Positions 45,657 to 56,225 of a stretch of 64,000 bases of DNA are shown in pieces. The notes under the pieces are model-generated. The model worked only from the letters and a program-made list of their open reading frames with translations, was not told where the DNA came from and ran no database searches. Both the position numbers and the translations under genes were made by a program. Position 1 is the first letter of the stretch. Each line of letters begins with the position of its first letter. Origin of the DNA: a bacterium (GTDB lineage: Bacteria > Patescibacteriota > Dojkabacteria > SC72); assembly GCA_021108295.1 (NCBI GenBank), contig JAIORF010000102.1, forward strand, positions 7,260 through 71,259. Direction: 5' to 3'.

Positions 45657-47357
45657 TTGATGAAAATAAGGATCACTAAAACAGGGAAGATAATTCTCTA
45701 TGTAATACTAGGAATTCTAATCTTGGGCTCTAGTGGTTACCTACTATGGAGAGTAATGCAACCACAAACCATGGCCCCTATAGATAGTGATGCAGGAGGA
45801 GGGGGAGATGGTGGAGGTTGTTGTTTAGCCTCATACGTTAACGGTAGTTGGATGTGTCCAGTTGACACTTGGAAAGCTCGTTGTGACGCGAATCCTAATG
45901 ATAAGGTTGCCTGTTTCTGTAAAAATAAGAGTAAAGTTAATCGCTGTGGAAGTAATCGCTACTGTCTATCATCTAAAAGGAGTGAGGAATCAACATGTAA
46001 TGTGTGTGAGGGAGAACCTTTGCCACAAGATCAAGATTGCTATGGAGGCTCAGACTGTGATGCATGTGCATATCCCAATGTAGGATTTTGTATTAGTGGA
46101 AAGTGTACATGTAAACACTGGAGTACTACTGGACTACCTCAACCATGCGAATCTCCTGGAGAGACCTTCTCATGTAAAGCTTCGTGCCCTTCTGGGCAGG
46201 AAGAGTGTGGAAGTGACCATACAGACTGTACTGAGGTAAGAGAAGATTGTACATGTTCTGTTTGTAAGAATAAGTCATACGCCACCATTTGGTGTAAAGA
46301 TGCTCCTGTCAATGTCTGCTCTGGAGAATCTTGGATAGAGCAACCATCAGGAACGAAAACGTACTGCTCTAAATTTAGTGCAATAGCGGAAGCAAGCGAT
46401 CCAGACGGTATAGATCTAAGTAGTATAAAAGTAACACTAGGAGTAGATACAATCGAGTTGTGTACAGCAAGTCCTACAACCACCTGCTACACTACTGCAG
46501 ACAGTGGGGATAATACAAGAATAAGTGTGAAAATAAATGAATACAAGTGTTTAACTGCAGGTGAGTACATACTGAACATTAACTGGAGTGATAGCCTGGG
46601 TGCAAGTGGGGACGACTGTGCACTAAGTACGACCTTTGAGATGGCAGAACAAGCCAAGGGAAGCTGTGGAGACGGAATACTAGATAGTGCTGGAGGTGAA
46701 CAATGTGAACTAGGTGATCCAGATGGATATCAGTGTAGCTGGGAGACATGTAACCAAACTACATGTATATGTCCAAGCACTAACCCAGAGTGGAGCATCT
46801 CTAAAGTAGGTGTAGAAAGCTGTATAGAAGACGGAGAGAGTGTTGAGGGAAGATCTACATACACAATTACAGTAACTAATATTGGAGACGCACAAGGGAA
46901 TATAGATAGGCTAGTAGATAATCTTGACAACAAAGTAATAGCAAGTTACTTGGAAAACATCTCTGGTGTAGGAGCATACACTAACGGACAAATAACATGG
47001 GACTTAGAAGGAGATGATGAAATCTTTGGAGTAGGAGAAACTCAAACATTCACATACTACATACAGGTACCATCTAGTGCATTTGGTACATACGAGAACA
47101 CAGTAACCGCATATCCAAGTGAAGGAGAAAGCTTCTCTGCGCAAGAAACAGTAGTAATAGATTGTGAGATAGAAGGTGAAATACCACAAACAGGCCTTTT
47201 TGATAGCAGTATGGCTAAAATCATTGCAGGAATGGTATTAATTCTTGTAGGTGCTACTTGGAACAAGGTGAACTTCACTCTAGACTTTACTGTAAAAGAC
47301 TACGTATCGGATCGAAGAATAAAAAGATTTGAAAACAAGGTAGCAAAGAAGAAGTAG
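45657..47357 (+). CDS. Cysteine-rich, sortase-anchored cell-surface protein with a DUF11-like repeat domain
   Basis: N-terminal TM/signal, about 40 Cys in the first 330 aa, a DUF11-like beta domain (YTITVTNIGDAQGNIDRLVDNL), and C-terminal IPQTG plus hydrophobic helix plus RRIKRF basic tail (LPXTG-like sorting signal). Confidence 0.5.
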   Translation: MMKIRITKTGKIILYVILGILILGSSGYLLWRVMQPQTMAPIDSDAGGGGDGGGCCLASYVNGSWMCPVDTWKARCDANPNDKVACFCKNKSKVNRCGSNRYCLSSKRSEESTCNVCEGEPLPQDQDCYGGSDCDACAYPNVGFCISGKCTCKHWSTTGLPQPCESPGETFSCKASCPSGQEECGSDHTDCTEVREDCTCSVCKNKSYATIWCKDAPVNVCSGESWIEQPSGTKTYCSKFSAIAEASDPDGIDLSSIKVTLGVDTIELCTASPTTTCYTTADSGDNTRISVKINEYKCLTAGEYILNINWSDSLGASGDDCALSTTFEMAEQAKGSCGDGILDSAGGEQCELGDPDGYQCSWETCNQTTCICPSTNPEWSISKVGVESCIEDGESVEGRSTYTITVTNIGDAQGNIDRLVDNLDNKVIASYLENISGVGAYTNGQITWDLEGDDEIFGVGETQTFTYYIQVPSSAFGTYENTVTAYPSEGESFSAQETVVIDCEIEGEIPQTGLFDSSMAKIIAGMVLILVGATWNKVNFTLDFTVKDYVSDRRIKRFENKVAKKK

Positions 47358-47402
47358 AATGTGATATAATCCAACCGGTTACATTAATTAATAGAGATAA
47401 AC

Positions 47403-47603
47403 ATGGCAGTAATTGTACATGCTAATGAAAATATAGACAGTGCCCTAAAAAGACTACACAGAGAAGTTCTTAGAGAAAGAATCTTAGAAACATTTAGAAA
47501 TAGAACATACAGGATTAAAAAAGCTGACCTTAAGATTGCAAAAAGAAGAGAATGGGCCAAGATGAAAAGAAGAAGAAGAACCGCTGCAAGAAGAGCAAAA
47601 TAA
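47403..47603 (+). CDS. rpsU: Ribosomal protein S21
   Basis: MAVIVHANENIDSALKRLHREVLRERILETFRNRTYRIKKADLKIAKRREWAKMKRRRR. Confidence 0.85.
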   Translation: MAVIVHANENIDSALKRLHREVLRERILETFRNRTYRIKKADLKIAKRREWAKMKRRRRTAARRAK

Positions 47604-47620
47604 TTTGTTAACTTCTCACT

Positions 47621-48070
47621 ATGTCTCTCCTACAAACCCTCCGAAAAGATATGATAACTGCTACTAAAGCAGGAGATAAGGATGTAATCAATATCCTTAA
47701 GATGGTACTAGCTACTATCAAAAATATTCAAATAGACCAATCAGAAGAACTAACAGATGAAAATGTTGAAAAAATACTTAGAAAAGAAACTAAAAAGATA
47801 GAAGACTCTATTGCACAATATACTCAAATGGAGAGAGATGACCTTGTAAAAAATGAGAAAAAAGATTTAGACATATTACAAAAATATCTCCCTGAACTCA
47901 TGAGTGAAGAGAAGGTAAGAGAAGTAGTTTCTGCGAAAATCAAAGAACTAGGAGCAACAGATATGAGAGAAATGGGCAAAATAATGGGCTCAGTTATGCA
48001 AGAACTCCAAGGCAGTGCAGACGGAAATGTTGTAAAAAAGATTGTACAAGAGATACTAAGCAATGGTTAA
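47621..48070 (+). CDS. yqeY: GatB/YqeY-domain protein
   Basis: YqeY pattern (LKMVLATIKNIQIDQSEELTDENVEKILRKETKK). Follows rpsU as in many bacteria. Confidence 0.7.
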   Translation: MSLLQTLRKDMITATKAGDKDVINILKMVLATIKNIQIDQSEELTDENVEKILRKETKKIEDSIAQYTQMERDDLVKNEKKDLDILQKYLPELMSEEKVREVVSAKIKELGATDMREMGKIMGSVMQELQGSADGNVVKKIVQEILSNG

Positions 48071-48506
48071 GATATTCGATACGCAAGTCCTCCTAGACAT
48101 ATATCCTAAATTACCCTTTACACATAGAGGAGTAGAGGAGTACCTTGAACAATTTACTACTCTAGGTGAAAAGAACGTAGATATCGTATTTGTAGAAAAG
48201 AAATACATCAAAAAACTTAATAAAGAGTATAGAAGTAAAGATGAAGTTACAGACGTGTTATCATTTAAGCTTGATACAAAAGATCTTCTAGGCGAAGTCT
48301 ACATATGTCCTCAATATATATATAAAAAGTTCTCAAAGAAGAAATTTATAGAAGAAATAATAAGACTTTGTGTACACGGAGTCCTACATTTACAAGGAGA
48401 AGACCATACAAAAAAGTTTGATAAAGTTGATTACAAGGATGAACCAATGTATATTAATCAAGAAGAAATAGTCGATAAAATGTTAAACAAGTTAATAAAA
48501 ACATGA
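48063..48506 (+). CDS. ybeY: rRNA maturation endoribonuclease YbeY
   Basis: CVHGVLHLQGEDH, the HxxxHxxxxxH zinc motif. Confidence 0.8.
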   Translation: MVKIFDTQVLLDIYPKLPFTHRGVEEYLEQFTTLGEKNVDIVFVEKKYIKKLNKEYRSKDEVTDVLSFKLDTKDLLGEVYICPQYIYKKFSKKKFIEEIIRLCVHGVLHLQGEDHTKKFDKVDYKDEPMYINQEEIVDKMLNKLIKT

Positions 48507-49066
48507 TACTAATTGCCGGAATAGGAAATGGGGATGTGAAGTACTACAATACTAGACACAATGCTGGATACTTTGGTATAGAAGTACTAAAGATTGCTCT
48601 AAGATACGAAGGCTTCCGTGCTGACTATACATTCAAATACTCCAAATATGAGAAATCAGACTTAATAAGATTTAAGTGGGGTGGAGGAGAGGAAATTATC
48701 CTACAAAAGTTTAAAGGCTTTATGAACGAATCAGGAAAATATGTTAAAAAACTTTACGATGATAATGATGTAAAGCACCTAATCCTTTTCCATGACGACC
48801 TAGATATCAAGTTAGGAGAATATAAAATTCAATATGGGAAATCTCCACACGGACATAATGGAGTAAACAGTGTAGAAGAAAGTATGGGTACTAAAGACTT
48901 TCTAAGGGTAAGAATAGGCATTGAGAATAGGGGAGATAGACAAATCCCTGGAGAGAAATATGTACTAGAACGATTTACTCAAGAAGAAATGGTAATACTC
49001 AAAGAAGGGCTCGTAGGAGCATGTGAGGAACTTCTTCTTACTGACATATTTGAAAAGTGGATATAG
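48503..49066 (+). CDS. pth: Peptidyl-tRNA hydrolase
   Basis: MILIAGIGNGDVKYYNTRHNAGYFGIEVL, the Pth N-terminal signature. Confidence 0.8.
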   Translation: MILIAGIGNGDVKYYNTRHNAGYFGIEVLKIALRYEGFRADYTFKYSKYEKSDLIRFKWGGGEEIILQKFKGFMNESGKYVKKLYDDNDVKHLILFHDDLDIKLGEYKIQYGKSPHGHNGVNSVEESMGTKDFLRVRIGIENRGDRQIPGEKYVLERFTQEEMVILKEGLVGACEELLLTDIFEKWI

Positions 49067-50264
49067 TCTCTCCATAGAAAAGAAGTATACCCTCATAAGT
49101 GTGATACTGTACAACCCTCTCACCAGGCAAGACAATAGCCACCCTATTCCTATCCATAGTCATTCCCATATTCATAATCTCACCATCATCATCTAGTATG
49201 AAGAAAACCCTACCACTAGCAAGTATAGGACTGCCATTGAGATTAAGATCAATCAGTAAGTCCTTAGAAAGATAGTACTCTCTTAAAACATCTTGATAAT
49301 CAATATCTACAGAGTAGCTCTTTTTATCCATCGATTGAGTATAGAAATCCTTAAGTACAGGTTCAATAGGTGAGTTACTCTCAAAGAAAGCTTGGGAAAC
49401 CAATCTGTAAGAATCTAAACCACCGAACCTATAAACAACCTGATTTCTCAGACCAACCTTACTACTAACGGTAATCTTGTTTGAATCTACAACACCTCTT
49501 AGTGAAGAAATCAGATCTTCTCTCTCGGCATCCAATATGTTATCAATCCCATCATTATCAATATCCATATCCTGTATATTCATAAGCGTATCATAATCCA
49601 AATCATCCATACTGGAAATCCCTAGAAAACTGTTGTTGTAAGTCTGGGTATTGAGAAACATGGTAAAAAGGAGATATACACTGGTAAGGGAAAGCAATCC
49701 ATACATCGCCATACTTTGCCATTTAACTTTTTTAAGAAACCTTTTACTTAATGATATTAAAGCAATCACTACAATAACTAACTCAATAGCAAAATATACA
49801 CTTAAGAAATATCCTACGAAATAACTAGGTTCAAACAAATATTTTAATATAGTGAAATATCTAGTAGTAAAAGGATAAAGGAACATAATATCACCAACTA
49901 ACAAATCGGCTAAGAAATGAGAAATACCTGCAATTAGAAAAGAATTAAGTAGTATTTTAAGAAAATCCTTTGAGAAAAACTGCTTCATTCTCTTATTCAT
50001 TCCTCTATAAACTAACTTCATTACCAGCAACAACCCCAACCAAACTATTAACCAATAAAAAGGAGTATGGGTGAAAATATCATGATGAGAATATGCAGGC
50101 CTGCCAATCATCATCATAAGGAAAAGATCTAAATCAGGCATAACTCCAAAAGCTAGGGAACAAGCAATTAGAAATGTGTGTTGTGAAGGCTTAAGACCTA
50201 CAATCTTCTTCTTTTGTAGCATCTCATTAGCAAGATAAGAAATCGGTCCATGCGCTATATACAT
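49038..50264 (-). CDS. YdjM/DUF457-like membrane-bound metal-dependent hydrolase with large extracytoplasmic C-terminal domain
   Basis: The N-terminal four-TM region carries H...DLDLF...SHHDIFTHTP (His/Asp motifs of the LexA-regulated YdjM family). The remaining ~250 aa are hydrophilic. Confidence 0.45.
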   Translation of the reverse strand: MYIAHGPISYLANEMLQKKKIVGLKPSQHTFLIACSLAFGVMPDLDLFLMMMIGRPAYSHHDIFTHTPFYWLIVWLGLLLVMKLVYRGMNKRMKQFFSKDFLKILLNSFLIAGISHFLADLLVGDIMFLYPFTTRYFTILKYLFEPSYFVGYFLSVYFAIELVIVVIALISLSKRFLKKVKWQSMAMYGLLSLTSVYLLFTMFLNTQTYNNSFLGISSMDDLDYDTLMNIQDMDIDNDGIDNILDAEREDLISSLRGVVDSNKITVSSKVGLRNQVVYRFGGLDSYRLVSQAFFESNSPIEPVLKDFYTQSMDKKSYSVDIDYQDVLREYYLSKDLLIDLNLNGSPILASGRVFFILDDDGEIMNMGMTMDRNRVAIVLPGERVVQYHTYEGILLFYGETISTFQICQ

Positions 50265-50311
50265 TCCTCTCCCCCTTACAAATTAACACTTAATCCAATA
50301 TAATCTCGAAT

Positions 50312-52705
50312 ATGCAAAATTACAATCATTCAACAACTAAAGATAACCTTTTTAATCAATTAAGTAAACACTTTAATATTAACAAAGAACAAAAATATTT
50401 CTCTCAAGTAGATAGTGAATTTGAAGAGATATTTGCAGAAATACTTGGTCGCAAACTTCAGTGCTCTGTATATATATCAAAAAACATAGAAGAAAAGAAC
50501 ATTAAAGTTCTTAGATTACAAAAAGGAGAAAGGTTTGAATCGGGATCTCTTAGTAAATTGGGATACAAGAAAGTAGAAAGAGTGTGGGAAGAGGGGGAGT
50601 TCTCTATACTAGGAGATGTAGTAATTCTCTGGCCCCACAGTATGAAAAATATCCTAAGGCTAAGCATTTGGGGAGAAGAGATAGAAAGTATTGAAATAGT
50701 AGAACCAAGTAGTAGAAGAAAGATAGAAGAACTGCAGTTCAAGGAAATCCTAGATGCTAATTCTTCCAATATTGTAGGTAATGAGTGTCTTTCTAACTCC
50801 CAGCTAATATACCTTACCCAAGATCTAGAGTTAGAAACTTACGAAGTAGGTCTTAAACGTATTCCAGCAATATATAGCTATATAGATTTACATACTACAG
50901 AAAATATACTACGGAATTACAAGAAATTGGGTTATAAAATATGGTATCTCTCAAAAAGTTTAGAGAGATTCGAGAAAAGTCAGAGTAATCTTACTAAATA
51001 TATAGATAAATACTTCGAAACCGAGAGTAACATAGAAAAGAATCTAAGTAGAGGCTTTGTATATGAAAAAGCTAAGCTAATTCTCCTTACAGACTTGGAA
51101 GTACTAGGGGAGGTAGATATTTCAGATCACAAAACAGGTTTGAGGAATATAGATGCCTCCTCATTGGAAATATTAAAGAAAATAGTTCCAGGGGACTACC
51201 TTGTACATGAAGATCATGGTATTGGAATATTTAAAGGTGTTAAGGAGATAGAAGAAAAGAAATATTTAGATATTCACTATGCTAAAAGTGACAAATTACT
51301 CATACCTTTTAATGCTTTAGAGAAGGTGATGAAATATATTGGTGTAGGACGTAAGAAACCTGTACTTACAGGGCTCAATAGTGGGATATGGAGTAGAATA
51401 TCCAAGAGTGCAAAGAAACAGGCAGAGAGTATAGCTAAGGAGCTCCTAGTACTATACGCACTTCGTACTACAACTACTACAGAGATTGTGGTAAAGGAAG
51501 GACAATTAGAAGACTTTTGGGAGTTTGTAAGCGGTTTTGAATTCAGAGATACAGAAGATCAGCTAGTAGCAACAAAAAATATTGTAGAAGATTTTCAGAA
51601 TACAATACCAATGGACAGACTACTTGTAGGAGATGTAGGCTTTGGTAAGACAGAAATCGCTATGCGAGCAGCCTATGGGGTAGTAAACGCAGGTTTCCAA
51701 GTAGCAATACTTGCCCCTACAACAGTACTTGTAGAACAACATCTTAAAGTATTAAGAAAAAGATTTGATAAATACCCATATGTAATTGAATCTTTAAGTA
51801 GATTTAATACCCAGACACAAGGAGAGAAAATTAGAAAGGGGATAGAGAGTGGTGGTATAGATATTGTTGTAGGTACACATAGTTTACTCTCCAAGAAAGT
51901 CAAATTTAAGAATCTCGGACTAGTAATTCTAGACGAAGAGCAGAAATTTGGAGTTAAACAAAAAGAACATCTTAAAGGTATGCGATTAAATACTAATATA
52001 CTCTCAATGACGGCTACGCCCATCCCTAGAACTCTAAATATGTCACTAATGGGTATAAGGGATATCTCTGTACTTGCTACACCTCCAAGTGGGAGGAAGG
52101 ATATTAAGAATGAATTCAAGAAATTCTCGTGGAAAGATATAGAGAGAGTAGTGACAAGAGAGCTGGATAGAGATGGTCAGGTATTCTTCCTACACAATCG
52201 TATAGGGACTATACAGTTCGTACAAAAAAGGTTACAGAAAATATTCCCAGAAAATGTAGTAGAAATATTGCACGGGCAGATGAGTAGCAAAAGGATTGAA
52301 CAAACTATGAACTCATTCGTAGGCGGTAGTATAGATATATTGCTTTGTACTACGATAATAGAGAACGGAATAGATATCCACAATGTGAATACTTTAATTG
52401 TGGGTGATATAAATATGTTTGGTCTCTCTCAACTCTACCAACTTCGGGGGAGGATAGGACGGGGTAGTAGACAGGCCTATGCCTGTTTCTTGTTTGAGAA
52501 TCTGACAAGTAATAGTGCTCTAAGGATTGGTGCACTAAAGGATTCCGAGTCTTTGGGTTCTGGCTTTATCCTCTCTAATCGTGATTTGGAGATTAGAGGA
52601 GCAGGGGATATCCTAGGGAGCAATCAGTCTGGAACTATCAATTCAATTGGTTACGGTTTGTATACACAGATGCTTAGTGATGCAGTCAAAAAATTAAAAG
52701 CCTAA
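50312..52705 (+). CDS. mfd: Transcription-repair coupling factor Mfd, short form lacking the UvrB-homology N-terminus
   Basis: CarD/TRCF RNAP-interaction domain (IVPGDYLVHEDHGIGIFKG), SF2 helicase motifs (GDVGFGKTEIAMRAA; ILDEEQKFGV), and a TRG-like C-terminus, in 797 aa. Confidence 0.75.
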   Translation: MQNYNHSTTKDNLFNQLSKHFNINKEQKYFSQVDSEFEEIFAEILGRKLQCSVYISKNIEEKNIKVLRLQKGERFESGSLSKLGYKKVERVWEEGEFSILGDVVILWPHSMKNILRLSIWGEEIESIEIVEPSSRRKIEELQFKEILDANSSNIVGNECLSNSQLIYLTQDLELETYEVGLKRIPAIYSYIDLHTTENILRNYKKLGYKIWYLSKSLERFEKSQSNLTKYIDKYFETESNIEKNLSRGFVYEKAKLILLTDLEVLGEVDISDHKTGLRNIDASSLEILKKIVPGDYLVHEDHGIGIFKGVKEIEEKKYLDIHYAKSDKLLIPFNALEKVMKYIGVGRKKPVLTGLNSGIWSRISKSAKKQAESIAKELLVLYALRTTTTTEIVVKEGQLEDFWEFVSGFEFRDTEDQLVATKNIVEDFQNTIPMDRLLVGDVGFGKTEIAMRAAYGVVNAGFQVAILAPTTVLVEQHLKVLRKRFDKYPYVIESLSRFNTQTQGEKIRKGIESGGIDIVVGTHSLLSKKVKFKNLGLVILDEEQKFGVKQKEHLKGMRLNTNILSMTATPIPRTLNMSLMGIRDISVLATPPSGRKDIKNEFKKFSWKDIERVVTRELDRDGQVFFLHNRIGTIQFVQKRLQKIFPENVVEILHGQMSSKRIEQTMNSFVGGSIDILLCTTIIENGIDIHNVNTLIVGDINMFGLSQLYQLRGRIGRGSRQAYACFLFENLTSNSALRIGALKDSESLGSGFILSNRDLEIRGAGDILGSNQSGTINSIGYGLYTQMLSDAVKKLKA

Positions 52706-52778
52706 GGTTAAAGTCTTTTATCCGAGTAAAATATTTTTACTTTACAGCGTTGTAGAAGCTGGTCTAAGATATAACATC

Positions 52779-54341
52779 ATGTCAACAGTACTATACCGAA
52801 AATATCGAGCCCAGAACTTTGATGAATTAGTAGGGCAAGAACATATTACTAAAATATTGAAGAATGCTGTAAAAAGGGACCAGCTCTCACATGCATATCT
52901 TTTTGTTGGATCTAGAGGAACTGGTAAGACCAGTGCTGCAAGAATTTTTGCTAAGGCTGTTAACTGTACAAATATAGGTAAAGACGGCAATCCTTGCGGC
53001 AAATGTACGATATGTAAGGGTGTTCTCAGTGGTAATTTCCTAGATCTCATCGAAATAGATGCAGCATCTAATAGGGGGATTGATCAGATTAGAGAATTAA
53101 AAGAAAAGATTGAGTTTTCTCCAAACGAGGGTAAGTACAAGGTCTATATTATCGACGAAGTCCACATGCTTACTACAGAGGCTTTTAATGCACTTCTTAA
53201 GACTTTAGAAGAGCCTCCATCACACATCATCTTCATACTTGCTACTACAGAGGTTCATAAGCTACCTGCTACAATTCTTTCTAGGTGTCAGAGGTATGAT
53301 TTTAAGTTGGGGAATGATAAGGAGATAGAGGCAGTAATAGATCGTAGCAGTAAGGGGGAGGGTATGAAGGTGGAGGATAGCGCAAAGTATTTGATTGTAA
53401 AGAATGCAAGGGGTAGTTACAGGGATGCTCTTTCTCTACTTGATGTCGTATTTTGTGGTCAGAGTGGCAAGGACAAGAAGATTACTGAAGAAGAGGTAAG
53501 GGATTTGTTGGGTTTGCCCGATATTGTAATGGTAGATGCTTTACTAACTAGTTTAATGAATGGTGACGCAAAGAAGGCACTAGACCTTATAGAAAGTATA
53601 GAAAAGAAGGGTGTTAATCTAGAACAATTCGTATCATACACCTTGGAAATACTAAGAGAGGTATTGGTCGCAAAGATTAAGGATGAGGAATTAGAGTATG
53701 ATTTTTACAATAAGGTTGCTCAGAAGGATATCTTAAAATTTGTAAAGATATTTCTAGAAATAGAGAGGAGTTTTAGGGGTAGTAGTAATCAGTCGCTAAT
53801 TTTAGAGATGATAATTCCTGAGTTTTGTGTAGATCAAAATATCGAAGAGGAGGAAGAAGAGGAAGAGGAAGAGGCTGTGGATAATGATGTGGATATGAAG
53901 GAGGAGGAGGATAAGAAGCCTGTTGTAGTAAGTTCTGATGAGGATATTGACTTTGAGGCCATTAAAAAGAACTGGGGTAAGGTAGCACAAGCTATAAAGC
54001 CTGTACATAGGCATTTGTTTGCATTCTTGGGTACATCTAAACCTATAAGGTGTGAGGGAAGTAGTCTTTACATAGAGGTTCCTTTCCAGTTCCATAAAGA
54101 TCAGATTGATTGTCCACAGAGTAGGGATGTAATTAACAGGGTTCTAAAGGATATGTTTAATGTTTCTTGTCATCTAGTGTGTAGTGTTAATGAAAAAGCT
54201 AAGCCTCGTATGAAGAGTAATGCAGATATTGTACTTAAAGATATCCCAACAAAGGAGAGTGTGAATGTAGCTAGTAGTAAGAAGAAATACTTCAGACCGA
54301 AAATGTCAGCAGAGGTAGAAGCTATATTCGAGGGGATGTAA
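52779..54341 (+). CDS. dnaX: DNA polymerase III subunit gamma/tau
   Basis: VGQEHITKILKNAVKRDQLSHAYLFVGSRGTGKTSAARIFAKAVNC, zinc module CGKCTICK, SRC motif LSRCQRY. Acidic EEEEEEEEE linker. Confidence 0.9.
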   Translation: MSTVLYRKYRAQNFDELVGQEHITKILKNAVKRDQLSHAYLFVGSRGTGKTSAARIFAKAVNCTNIGKDGNPCGKCTICKGVLSGNFLDLIEIDAASNRGIDQIRELKEKIEFSPNEGKYKVYIIDEVHMLTTEAFNALLKTLEEPPSHIIFILATTEVHKLPATILSRCQRYDFKLGNDKEIEAVIDRSSKGEGMKVEDSAKYLIVKNARGSYRDALSLLDVVFCGQSGKDKKITEEEVRDLLGLPDIVMVDALLTSLMNGDAKKALDLIESIEKKGVNLEQFVSYTLEILREVLVAKIKDEELEYDFYNKVAQKDILKFVKIFLEIERSFRGSSNQSLILEMIIPEFCVDQNIEEEEEEEEEEAVDNDVDMKEEEDKKPVVVSSDEDIDFEAIKKNWGKVAQAIKPVHRHLFAFLGTSKPIRCEGSSLYIEVPFQFHKDQIDCPQSRDVINRVLKDMFNVSCHLVCSVNEKAKPRMKSNADIVLKDIPTKESVNVASSKKKYFRPKMSAEVEAIFEGM

Positions 54342-54399
54342 TTGAAAGTTGTTAAGCTTGATGTATAATATGATAGAGATAAATTCGTAGACATCAGAT

Positions 54400-56139
54400 A
54401 TGTCCAACCCTGAGATAAGAGAGAGTGATAATTCACAAGGAGGTTTAGATCCTCGCCATTTTGTTGCAGGAGCTATTATACTCAGTGCGGCCGCTGCAGC
54501 AACATCAGCATGTCAAACTCCAGAAGCCCTAGCTAATACTCCTGAGGGCAAGGTCCCTATGGAAGAATATGATCCTACATTGGTTCAGCAAGAACCTTTG
54601 TCTACCCCCACCCCAGAGAGTTCTGAAGTATCTCCTACCCCTACCATGATGCCTACTGAAGTGGTAGAAGAAGAGGTTGAAACCTTTCTAAGTATCACAG
54701 AAGGCTTTACAGTAGTACCAGGTACAAGAGAAGAAGTAGATAAGCCCTTTGTAGTTTCAAAAGATGCTCAGGCATTTAGAATTCCAATTACAGAAAATGA
54801 TGGACGAGATGTTCTAGATATCTCTAAAGCAATCTCTGTAGGAGATATAAAAGAAGATGTTGTTGTTCCTGTTTATGAAATCCTTGTGATGGTAGATAAA
54901 GAAGGTAATGAGGTAAAGATTGCCCTTGTTGAAGATGTTGTGGGAGAATCCGCAGTCCATGCTGTAGTAATACAGGATAAAGAGGAAAATATTTTTGCAA
55001 CCGAGAGAGAAGATGGAGCCATTGCAACTGGAGTAATTACCAATCTAGGAGAGTATCCTGCTGAAGATGTAGAGACTTTATCCAAAGTCTTTGAGCAATT
55101 TGTAAACTTTCAGAGAACTGGTGGAGAGTTTAAGAATGGTGCAGAATATACCTCTGATTATATATTCGGAATAGATAAATATACCGAGGAAGAAACAGAT
55201 CTCCTTTTGGAAATGCTAAAGAGGTTGAATAGTAGTGATTCCGAGGAAGAAAGTTTCATTTCAAAGGTAAAAGGGTTTGTAAATGTAGATATCTCTGTGA
55301 GCGAAAATGGTGATATATGGTTTACTCTCTCTGAGAGTAATGAGCTTCGTGAGGTTGATATGTCTTTTCTACAGGGAGATTTTCCTCAAGTAGTTGAATC
55401 GAGTGTTGGAATGAGTGAAGAGGAGCAGGTAATGGCAGAGAATATATTGGATTTACAAGGTTTTGGTGTTTTCTTAGAGGATTTAGAGCAGGGAGAGCAG
55501 GTGTCGGAGTTTTTGAAATTGCAGGAGGATTTGAATGGTTGTAATGGGAATGTAGTGTGTTTAGGAGAAATTAGCAAGCCTCTTGCAGAGTATGTAGAGA
55601 ATGGTGGAGATCTTAATTCCATAGCTCTAGCATTTGTAGTGAGAGAATATTTCCCGGATTTTGGGTTTCCTAAGTTAGGTGATGAGATTAGGAGGACTCC
55701 TAGAGAAGTTCTCCAAGATATTAGTTTTTCTTATTATAATTATGTGGAGTTGTTTGATTTAAAATTTAACAACAAACAAATAATGAGATCGCCCACTACT
55801 TACGGAGGGACCTTCTATACTGGACCTGAAAATCAAGTATATTCTTTCCTTGTTCCTGGAGATATCCTCTTTTTTGAAGGGGAGAATTATTGGGGAAATC
55901 CAGAAACAGCAGGTTTCCAGATTATTCTTGCCAAGATTGTAGCAGAAGATGGCAGTATATCATTATTGGTTGCTGGAACAAATGGAGATAGCGAAATAGT
56001 GGTATACACAAGTAAAGATAACGTGGATAATCTAATAACTAAAAATGGTCAGGGATCTGTAATAAGAGGTGGGTGGATAGCACCAGAGCTACCACCAGGG
56101 GCAGATCCAATGCCTACTCCCCCAAAGGCAGATAGCTAA
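54400..56139 (+). CDS. Acidic secreted/lipoprotein-like hypothetical protein
   Basis: Hydrophobic N-terminus ending ...AAAATSAC (possible lipobox Cys), then an acidic Pro/Thr-rich linker. No known domain. Confidence 0.4.
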   Translation: MSNPEIRESDNSQGGLDPRHFVAGAIILSAAAAATSACQTPEALANTPEGKVPMEEYDPTLVQQEPLSTPTPESSEVSPTPTMMPTEVVEEEVETFLSITEGFTVVPGTREEVDKPFVVSKDAQAFRIPITENDGRDVLDISKAISVGDIKEDVVVPVYEILVMVDKEGNEVKIALVEDVVGESAVHAVVIQDKEENIFATEREDGAIATGVITNLGEYPAEDVETLSKVFEQFVNFQRTGGEFKNGAEYTSDYIFGIDKYTEEETDLLLEMLKRLNSSDSEEESFISKVKGFVNVDISVSENGDIWFTLSESNELREVDMSFLQGDFPQVVESSVGMSEEEQVMAENILDLQGFGVFLEDLEQGEQVSEFLKLQEDLNGCNGNVVCLGEISKPLAEYVENGGDLNSIALAFVVREYFPDFGFPKLGDEIRRTPREVLQDISFSYYNYVELFDLKFNNKQIMRSPTTYGGTFYTGPENQVYSFLVPGDILFFEGENYWGNPETAGFQIILAKIVAEDGSISLLVAGTNGDSEIVVYTSKDNVDNLITKNGQGSVIRGGWIAPELPPGADPMPTPPKADS

Positions 56140-56225
56140 CGATTTATCCATTACTACGAGCTCTTGATACTAAAAAGGACATAGGATATCATTAAATATG
56201 AGATTTATTTTATAATTCAAAGTAA

